This document shows positions 38,701 through 49,200 of a DNA stretch of 64,000 bases, piece by piece (position 1 is the first letter of the stretch; each line of letters begins with the position of its first letter). The notes beneath the pieces were generated by a model. The model was not told where the DNA came from. It saw nothing but the letters and a program-made list of their open reading frames with translations, and did no database searches. The stretch is from Antedon mediterranea. Lineage: Eukaryota; Animalia; Echinodermata. Position numbers and translations under genes: made by a program. The stretch covers positions 7,936,001-8,000,000 of the forward strand of contig NC_092673.1 of NCBI RefSeq assembly GCF_964355755.1, read 5' to 3'.

Positions 38701-41700
38701 CAACTTTCGACTTAATAGGCCATTCAATCTATGTGGTATTTTATGGATAATGAATTTCTTTCAGGGAAACCATAAATGCTCTGCAACAGAATCAGAGAGA
38801 TCATAAGCAGGCTAAATTAGAATTGGTAAGTAAATTAGTTATCCGTATATGATCATGATTTATTTATACCCTATTATTAAATTAAATGAATGAAGATACA
38901 AGATAGCAAAACTCTATAGATTTGTGTCCACTTAACATGTAAATATTTTTTATTTAATTTTTTTTAAAATATTTAATTGATTTTATTTAATCTATTCTTT
39001 TGCTTTATTTTAGGCCAAACTGCGTCGTAAAGTTATTGAACTTGAAAGTGAGCTTGAAGCTAAACAAGATCATATTGATGCGTTGGTGCATGCTGGGAAA
39101 GTTAAAGACAATATTATTAAGGTACAGTGAAATATTTGACTGATTCAGCAAATTTGTAGCCCAAGTAACATTGTGTGTTAGGCTTTCAACCAGGTGTGAA
39201 AATATATTAATGGCTTTAGAGTGATTAAAACAAACCTTGTTTGCCATAATGCTTGCTTTCTTTTTATAGGAGCTACGCCTTCAACAACCAAAGCATACAA
39301 TGTCATCACATGACACTATTGATGGACAGGCACCAAATGATCAAGTAAGAAACACACAGCTCAGTCAGTGATTTCCAAATATGGTGGTTCTCCCCAAATG
39401 AAAATGAATACTCCTTGATTAGCTAAAACCCTATTTTTGAAATGAACTACTCATGGTTCCATTTTTAATCATGTGATATCATTCGATAACAGCCAATAGA
39501 TGTTTCCTGATTGATAAATTCTGAAATATCTAAGCTGACTGCCATTAACAATTTAGTAAGATAAGTTAATTGATTAAACATTTGACTGAATTAAGATATA
39601 AGTTTGTAATGCATATTTTTGATTATAGCTTTACCAAGCGTTGGCAGCTCAAGTGCGAGAGATGGAGAACTTAAACAAGGCACTTAAAGCTGAAAGACAA
39701 CTGTATGTGAATATAACCCACAACGGTGACTCAAAGAATACAACGCACAATGATGCATTTGAGATTGAACTTGCTGCTGTTCAGTCACTTAGAAAACAGC
39801 TGGAACAAGCACTTAAGCGGAACAATAGAATGAGGGAGAACTTGGAAAGACAAGTCAGCTCACAAACTTTAAGTGATTTGGATAGTGAACATACTACTAG
39901 TGAGTTCAATAAGTATCAATTTAATATTTAAAGGATGGTACTAATTGTGGCAATAAAGACTAAGAAAGTTCAATGAAATTGAAATCTACTCTGCTAATCT
40001 GTGATATTACATCTTCCATGATTACCTGACAGATTGTCTTGAGTATATCTTCAGTAGATATATATTACCCTGGTGTACTAGTATACACACAGCCACTGTC
40101 ATACATAGTCACTGGCATAACTCATAAAAAAGGCCCCTTGATTGCCAGCATACGCTTTTAGTTAGTCTAAATAAATTAATAAATAAATAAAAATATATAA
40201 GTGCTCTTCTGATGTCTATACATTTTCAATGAAAACCATCATCATACAATTCTCTTTTTCACTTGATAATTTTTTTAGAATCTTACCAAAAAACAAAATA
40301 TTAAAATCTCTTTATAATAAAGTAAATCAATATGAATATTTCTTTAAAAAACTATTTTTTTATATTTGAAATCTAGGCAATGAAAATGAGCTGCAGGCAT
40401 TGCGAGACAGATTGGAAGAAAGCCAGCGATGGAATGCTGACCTTCAGTCACGTGTTAAAGACCTGCAACAAAGAGGTGGCGGCGTTGGTAGTGATGCTGA
40501 TTCTGATGTCATCAGAATAAATACTGCACAATCTCAAGCATCTTCAAGACCACCACCAGTGGAGGAGATCATTAGCGTTCGTAATGTTGATGTCATGTCA
40601 CCAAAAGAACTGAAAGAGGAAGTTATGAAACTTCAGTTGCAACTTCTTGAAGCAAACAGAAGAAGTTTGGATGATGATCTTAGGAGTATTCCAGGACAAG
40701 AAGAGACACTTACTGGTGGAGCTAAACAATCAAAGAAAGAAATCGAAAAACTGAAAGATAAGAACAAAGAATTGGAGCAAGAAATTAAAATCTTAGAACA
40801 ACGACTTGCTTCTAGTCCAGGTAGAGGAGATGGTCTTGATGAGACTGACAGCCATGTTGTTCCAGTTCTGAAGCAGCAACTTGATCAGGCTAAATCTCTT
40901 TTACAAGACAAAGATACATTACTACAAGAAAAGGAACAACAGAATCAGGCTTTACGGCATCACTTAGGAATTGGACCGGAGTCTCCTATACAGCCTGGAA
41001 GAAATGTCATGACAACTCTTCAAAGAGAAAATTCGCAGCTGGCATCACAACTTCACAAGGCTCAACACCAGAAGAAAGAACTCCAGGATGAGCTAGATGG
41101 ATTGGAATCCCAATTAAGAGAAGCGGAAAAAATGAGCAGTGCAATGCAAAAACAATTAAAAAGTGCTTCAGCTAATACAGACTCAGCTAACCTTGTTCCA
41201 ATATTAAAGCAAAAACTAATACAAGCCAAAGAAATCATTCAGGAACGAGAAACCCAGAATAAAGCTCTTCAACAAGCTTTAAAGAAAAGGTCTCCAGATA
41301 AGAACCAATTAGGACAACTGCAGGCAGAGAATGAGCAATTGAAGTCACAGCTTATTGGGTACAATAAGGAACTACAAAATATGAAATCTCAATTCCAAAC
41401 TTTAGAAAAAGAATTGGAAGAAGTGCAAAACTCAAGACCACCACCTAGTGCTCACATTGAAATTGAACGTTTACAAAAGCAATTGAGAAATGCTGAAAAC
41501 CTAAATGAACTTTTAAAGAGACATATTGACCTTAACAGTTCTAGCGAAGGAGAGCAACCAAGCTTTAATCCAGAGCTAATTGTTGATATGGCAAAAGAGA
41601 TTGAACGACTGAAAGACACCTTGGATGAAACTCAGAAGGAATTATCAACAGATTCACCATTAAAGACTAGGGTTGGAACAAGAGTCAAGGCTTTGGATGA

Positions 41701-43259
41701 CACTGCTTATGGTACTCTGACAAAACAGCTGGAGCAAGCTCATTGTGATCTTAATGACTTAAAAAAACGGTACAAACAACTGAACTCAAAATTACAAGCC
41801 ACAGAAGGTACTGTAAGGCAGCAGTCTGATCGTATTCGACGCTACCGCCAAGAAATGCAGGATGCTGGTATTCAGGTGCCAAGAACACCAAAGAGGTATC
41901 ACAGTGATTCAAACTTACTGAGAGCACACTTTGATAATATTTCTCGCAAATTATCGGGTGCTAGTTTGCTGTCTCCAGATGATCGGTCTGGTTCTACCAG
42001 CCCATCGCCTTCTGAAAGAAGTCACATGGTAGACATTTCTTTAAGTGAGTTTGGCCAGACTAATGATGTTAGTGAACTTAAAAGTCAGGTAGACACTCTT
42101 AAGCTCCATCTACAGCGTAGTCGTAGAGCTCTAAGAAGTCTGCAAAGCCGTTTACGCAATCGTAGCAATACATCTAGTCCAGCCCGAGTTGCAAGCCCAA
42201 GCAGGACAGATAGCTCCAGCCTTGATGGCGGTGGAGCATGGTTTGAACTTGTTGCAAATCAACAAGCATTTGAAAAACTTCAGCAGGAGGTTGAAAGTCT
42301 AAGAGATCAAGTTGAAGAAGCAAGTAATGTGAACATGACATTACAAGAACATAATAATGATCTTGTTGAGAAGGTTAATTCCAATATTCCTGTTCCTCCT
42401 GGTTTATTGGCCCACAATGAACAACTGATCAAGGAAAATGAGGCAGAAATAGTGCTTCTGAAGCAGCAATTAGAAGATTCCCAACAACTATGTAGCACTT
42501 TGCGTGGATTGATTGATGAGGCTCTGTCTGCCATGGAAGAGATTTCACAGAAGAGAGAAGAGGAGAAGGATAACTCACCCAGTGAAATGGAGAAGGCTAG
42601 ACAGAAGGTAAAAAAGAGCAAAATTATGGCTGAAGACTTGGGAAAAGTTTTAGGAGGTAAAATGATATTTATATATGCTATTTTTTACTATTCTAAATTT
42701 TAAAATTTCCTTCTCAGTTTTAGAAATCACTAACTAACATTATTTTCTGTGTGTTATAAAACATGAAATGTACATTGTACCTTTGTCTACCTTTTGATGC
42801 AGAACATATGAGCAGAACATCTGATCAAAGCAGAGGAGACATTTTGGAAAACAGACGTAAGGCTGAAATACAACAATTGAAAAAGGAAATAAAACAGAGG
42901 AAGGAACTAAATCAGAAATTAAGAGATTTGTTGGGGGAGAACAAGAAATCTGCTGATGAAACACGAAAAGAGCTTGAAAGGTAAATACAGTGCGAGGGTA
43001 GCCATTTTTACAGCAAATTGCTCCTTTTCTTTAAAAGCAACTACCAAGATTTCAAACCACTACTTCAGTCTTTTATTAAGAGCTCTGACTCAAATTTCCT
43101 TTCATATAAATATATTTTTTCTCTTGAACTGAGGAAGCTTTAGTGCTACCGAAAGCTCCATTGATATCCAGCCACTGTATACCAACAGAATTGTCATTTC
43201 TTTTCAGTAATTAGGTTATATGCATTAATGCATATAACCTCTTCATTCTGTCAAAATCT

Positions 43260-43290
<31 letters not shown>

Positions 43291-46200
43291 TTCTTTCCTT
43301 AGCACTATTTTGTCCGTGAATTATCTTGGCATCAGTTTCATCTAGCTAAGTCAAGTTTTCAGAGTATATTCCTTATGGCCAGGAATCGATGTGGTTATAT
43401 TTTCACGATGCGCAATCAAAAATTACGCGGTCTACGCGCGATTTTAAGAAATCGCGTTTGTAATCATATCTTCACAAGCATGAATCACAATTAAACAAAA
43501 TTTGGTACTCATAAATTTCAGGTCATATTTCATCATATGGCAATACAATTACGTGCGTAGCGCATATATAACGCTTGCTTAAAATGTTCAAAATTGTCAA
43601 CATTTATTTTCGATGAAATTAGAGTACGTTTCAGGCATTTTTAAGCGTTTAAAAAATTTCCATGAGTGCGCCGATTTTTGCACGTTAAACGTTAATGCGC
43701 ACTCTTTTTGCCCGATTTCTGTTTTACAATCTTTCTTTAATAATATCATCATATTTGATTCACGTTTCAACTCGAAATTGCGTTATACGAGCACGTCAAA
43801 AGTGACTGGCTACGCACGTATAAGTTAACAAAATGGTGAAAATATGCTAAATTTTAAAATTAATATATATCGTCAGAATGCAGGGGAACACCTATTTTTT
43901 ATTTCATTTTCTTGAAGTGTATGTATCATATGTATGATTTATTATCAAATTAAGAGAACAAAAGTTGATTAAGTCATTAATTGCATATTAAATTTAAAAA
44001 AAATAATTTCGACAATCAAACAAATTATGACATTTTCTTAGGCCAAAATAACAAACTTAACATTAACTTTCTTCCTTCCAAAGTTCATATATTAAAGTTA
44101 AAAGTATATAGTTTGACAGTGCATCATTTGTTTACATTTTAAAGATGTCATCATAGTAAAAAATTATAAGCCATTGCGGTATGTAATAATCTATTTGCAC
44201 CAAACTGGTTACTGCATAGTAAATACACGGAGGAATTTTTCTACAACTTGTAGTCAGTTGTGTATGGCTCGATGGTCTGTGCTCGTGTCTATGGCATTCA
44301 AGGTACCGAGATCGAGTCTCACCTTGGGAAACGAAATAAGATTTTTTTTTTATTATCCGTATTGTTTGTTCAAATTTATTTCTTAGTGTATAGATTATAC
44401 ACATGATTTATAATGAAATCTAGATAAAAATTAACTTATGTCTTTATTATTATGTAACAACAAATGTGGTTTATGACATTATACGCATATGGATCTTTGA
44501 TCGGATTGTGATACCGGCTATGGTGGTCGCGTTAGCAAGGTCCTATCATATATTATAAATAATTAAAGATTCTGAGAAAATCAATCAATCAATATATCTT
44601 TTAAAAATCAATTATCTTTATTTAAATCAATGCATATAACCTATAATTCGTCATAGTGACGAATTAAATCTAGTTAAGAAATTATTTCTCTGTGTCAATG
44701 TGGCATAAGCTTCTTTATCTATTTACTCCTGCAGGCATAATATTCATTATTACTCTGGTTTCATTATTAAACACCCCTGTTTTAATTTATATAATCTTTT
44801 TAGATTAAATGTTGAGACAAATAATATTTTTATTTTTTAGAATAGCAAAGGAAGTTCACGAAAAGAATGAGACGATTACAAAATTACGTCGCCAAGTAAG
44901 GCATCTTCAGGCCATGGGAAGCTTTAGCTCCACCAACAGTAGGCCTATATCTGAAACTGAGGACACTTCATCCATGCAATTCCAGACAACAGCAAATACA
45001 GAGTCTATGCAACCTGGAGATGATGGCGACGCCACTGATACAGAGCTTGATCTTCCATTTGACATCAGTCATCAGGAGAGAGTTGGCAGAAGTCACCAGC
45101 ATTTTGTTGGCAGCGGTTTACAGCATTTGGTGGGCAGTGCACATGCTTCAAGTGATGGGGGAGAAAGTCAAGACACTGTTAAAGATCAATTTGAGCAATT
45201 GAGTGACTCAATAGACATTCAGGGAGGTCATCTACCAAAGATGTCCGCTTCATCCAGATTGAAAAGAGGAACAACCATTGGTAGAACGAATGAGGATGAT
45301 AGTTCAGAAGCAGCAGTTCAAACACGTGTCACTTGGGCGCACAAGGATGCAACAACTGCATCTACACAAACCTCACAAATGATAACCTCACAACCAGATA
45401 TGTCACGATTACAAGCAAGGCTGCATCAGAGTGAAAAACAAGTTGAAACTTTAAATTCTGAACTGGATCTTTATAAGCACTTGCTTGCCGATTCACCGAA
45501 AATCTCTGGAATGAGTGACAGTGCCATCCTTAAGCAACACCTTGAAGAGATAAGAGCCTTACGTAAACGACTGGAGGAGTCGATTACCGTCAATGATAGG
45601 TTACGAGAACAATTGGAGACCAAACTAGCAGAGTTAAGCAACGGTGGTGGAGGTATGTATAGTATTCTTGATGAGTTTAGATTAGAATTAGTAATTTTAA
45701 AGTAGATACTAGTATACAAATAATGAATGTTTATGAGTGCAATGGGGAAATAATTCCATGAGGTGGAAGGTTATATTTTCATCTTTCACAGAATTAATTA
45801 TTTTCCCCATTGCATGAATATGAAATATTCATTATTTTTATTATAAAGAGAGACGAGACAAGGCCTAAACCATTTGAAAAGGCAGTTATCAAATTGAACG
45901 CAGAGTAGAACAATTATAGACACTCCTTTGAAAGACAAATAATCTATGCTGCAACAGGTGTATGCCAACTGTATCAAATGTTATTTGTTTGATATTCAGC
46001 TTTAATGCTTGCTTTCATACACAATGCAAGGACGTAGAGCGCAACGTAAGTGATTTGACCAATCGCAGTTTGACAGTTATGCAATGTTTACTATAATTAG
46101 TTATATATCAATGTTGTCATTGGTCAACTTGCTTTTGTTGCATCTACATCCTTGCGTTGCTTCTCTAGTGCAGTCAACCAAGTTTTAGGCCAAAAACTGC

Positions 46201-49200
46201 AACTAGTGATGATAATGATTAAAGGACTCACAAGACACATATACAATGAATGAATGAAGTCTCAAAATCAAACACGAGCAAACCAAGTGTTTATGATTGG
46301 TTGTTTTTATTTTTAGATACTGATATATTTATATATCAGAGTAATGTAGAATTAACGGAAGAGAATAAGTTACTTAAAGAACGTTTAAATGAAAAAGATT
46401 CTGCTTTTCACGATATTGTTGAAGAACTGAAGAAAAACAAACGACAATTACAAAAGTAAGATCATTTTTAGCCATGTAATTTTTCTCTTAACGTAGTAAA
46501 ACTTTTTATATCCAATAAAATGTTAATTTTTCCTTTAAAAGGCCGAGTAATATTGGATAAATTTGAACACAAATTAGGTTTAGTTTATACATTTAAAGAA
46601 ACATGCATAACGACAACTGTGTAAATCATTAAAAAAACACTTGTTCTTAAAATATGTCTAATATGTTCTATGATAAACTCAAAATCCTGCAGACATTTGC
46701 ATCAAGCCCAAAACTATGATTTTACTGCTACTTGCTATTTTATTAGTAGTGCAATAATATTCTATTTTATTTATTAGGTTAAAAGCACAAAATCAACATC
46801 TGACGGAACAGCTACAAGAGAATATCGACCTTGTTGGCTCACTTAAATTTGAACTTAACATTCTTGAACAACTGCATCAGAAAGGTAAGTACCAATTCTT
46901 GGAAAGTGTTATAACCCAACAATTACAAACTTGGTATAGGCTTGGGGTTGGGTAAACAAAAAATTGTGTTTAAATGTTGGTATTTTTTATGTATTATACA
47001 AATTTTATTTGTTAAAAAGATTCCCTCCATTTCCACGCCAAAGTTTAATATGGGAGTACACCATCATATATCAAATTTGTCTATACATCAATTTTTTTAT
47101 TAATACTATTTTTTATATTCTGTCCAAAACACATTTTTTCCATGTACGTTTAGTCATGGATCAAACAAGTTGATTTGATTTGAACTTTCATTTTTCAGAT
47201 GCAAAAAGCTCTTCTGCTGGTCCAGGTTACATCCACATAAAAGATGCTTCCGGTTTAGATCTCTCAGAACTACTGCATGAAATACGTCGTCTCCGTGTCC
47301 AATTAGAACGGAGCATCGAGACGAATAATGCTTTAAGACAAAAACTGGAGGAGGTGATGCGGGAAAAATGGTCACCAAGTAGCAAAACATCTGTTACCTC
47401 GGTAACCATCAACAGTAAGGATAAAAAGCAGAGTGATAAAATGCTTATAGACGAATTGACCGGCAACAGGAGGCATGTAACAAGGCAGTTGTTCAATGGT
47501 AATAGATCTTAATTCTATTTTTGGAAAAATGTATAAACATCCACCAAAAATGTGTAAACAACTGTATTTATACATTTCTATACTATACAATAGTAACAAC
47601 TTGACATCCTGCAGGCACTGCAGTGTATATTCATGGAAGAAAAGATAATTTTTTCCTCCATGATGTAACCTAATAATATCATCAGCATATAAACTGTCTA
47701 ACTATTGATAATAACTTATACTCACATTCCATTCATAAGGAATTGGAACAACTATAATTTTTTCCATTGTCTTGTACTTTGCCAATGGTTATAATAATAC
47801 CACATTTATAGAATATGAATAAACATATTGAGTTCATACCTGGACTTGCACTTTTCAACAATGTTTCTCCCTAAAGCCTGTTTTCCAGTCAACATTGAGT
47901 TACGTTGAGTTTAAAAATCGTTCATGGTTTTCTTGGTTCTAATGAGCGTTGCTGGGACATGCTCACGTGAAGTGTTGCAAACCGAAGAAATTGTCCTGGA
48001 TTTTTTATGCTGCAACCTACCAGCATGTTTTACCATAGAACATGTTTTTGATGCTGCAACCTACCATAGAACATGTTTTTGATGCTGCAACCTACCATAG
48101 AACATGTTTTTGATGCTGCAACCTACCATAGAACATGTTTTTGATGCTGCAACCTACCATAGAACATGTTTTTAATGCTGCAACCTACCATAGAACATGT
48201 TTTTGATGCTGCAACCAACCATAGAACATGTTTTTGATGCTGCAACCTACCATAGAACATGTTTTTGATGCTGCAACCTACCATAGAACATGTTTTTGAT
48301 GCTGCAACCTACCATAGAACATGTTTTTGATGCTGCAACCTACCATAGAACATGTTTTCGCTGATATCTTAATCTATGCTTATACTAATATATTAATATC
48401 TTATATAGTTCAGTATGACTTGCACACATTTTGAAGTATAAGAGCTTAAAAGGTGAAAAACATCATCGTGTTGTAAAATTAGGTTAATTAAAAGAACTAT
48501 TATTGGTATGTATTTTGTTCACAAACTATGATAACGTAATTTGTAAACCATTTGATTGGTCAGTTTTAACGATCATAAAGACAAAGAATCACAAATTTTA
48601 ATGATTTTTAGGTTTTTTTTTATCCCAGGCGTTCATATCAATGCAGCCACCTTCGATGCTCTTCATTCTGTTCAAGAGAGTAACCGCGTATGAACTGAAC
48701 AATTGGGTAACCCCCTACTCGTTTTAAAAGATGTACTGGCTTCTTTAAAGTGTACACCCAAGTATTTTATTCACGCATTCATAGTACTTATCCGAGAATG
48801 TCTATATTTATATATTTTTACTTTAATTGAAGGTGAAAATGCTTCAGAAGGATCTCCCTCAAGGTCTACAGACCCACTGAGAAACTCAAATCCAGCATTG
48901 TACAGATCAACAGACGATATCAGAGAAAAAACGTCGGGTTCATCAAGGAAAAAGGGTGCCAGTTTTAGGAGTCCACAAAAATCTTTTGGTATGCATCCAT
49001 TTGATGCTGATATCATGGTTGATCCAACATTAATTGGGTCAGAAGGTAAAAAAAAACTAAATTTATTCTTGATGAAGTATCCATTTTTGTTCCATTTTTG
49101 TACTATGAAATATCGTACCTATAACGAATTGTTAAATTTTTTTTAAAATTTTAAATAGGTATTAGCATGCAAAAATTCTTGTTAGCAATGTAACATATAC

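Noticed and set aside
48007-48358. CRISPR-like array of about 31-bp repeats
   Set aside because: Units are directly adjacent with no unique spacers, no cas genes, and the context is a eukaryotic intron.
37220-49016. Minus-strand ORFs overlapping coiled-coil exons (e.g. 37220-37495, 42307-42621, 47227-47496, 48771-49016)
   Set aside because: Ser/Leu/Phe-rich antisense shadows of Glu/Lys/Gln-rich coding exons.
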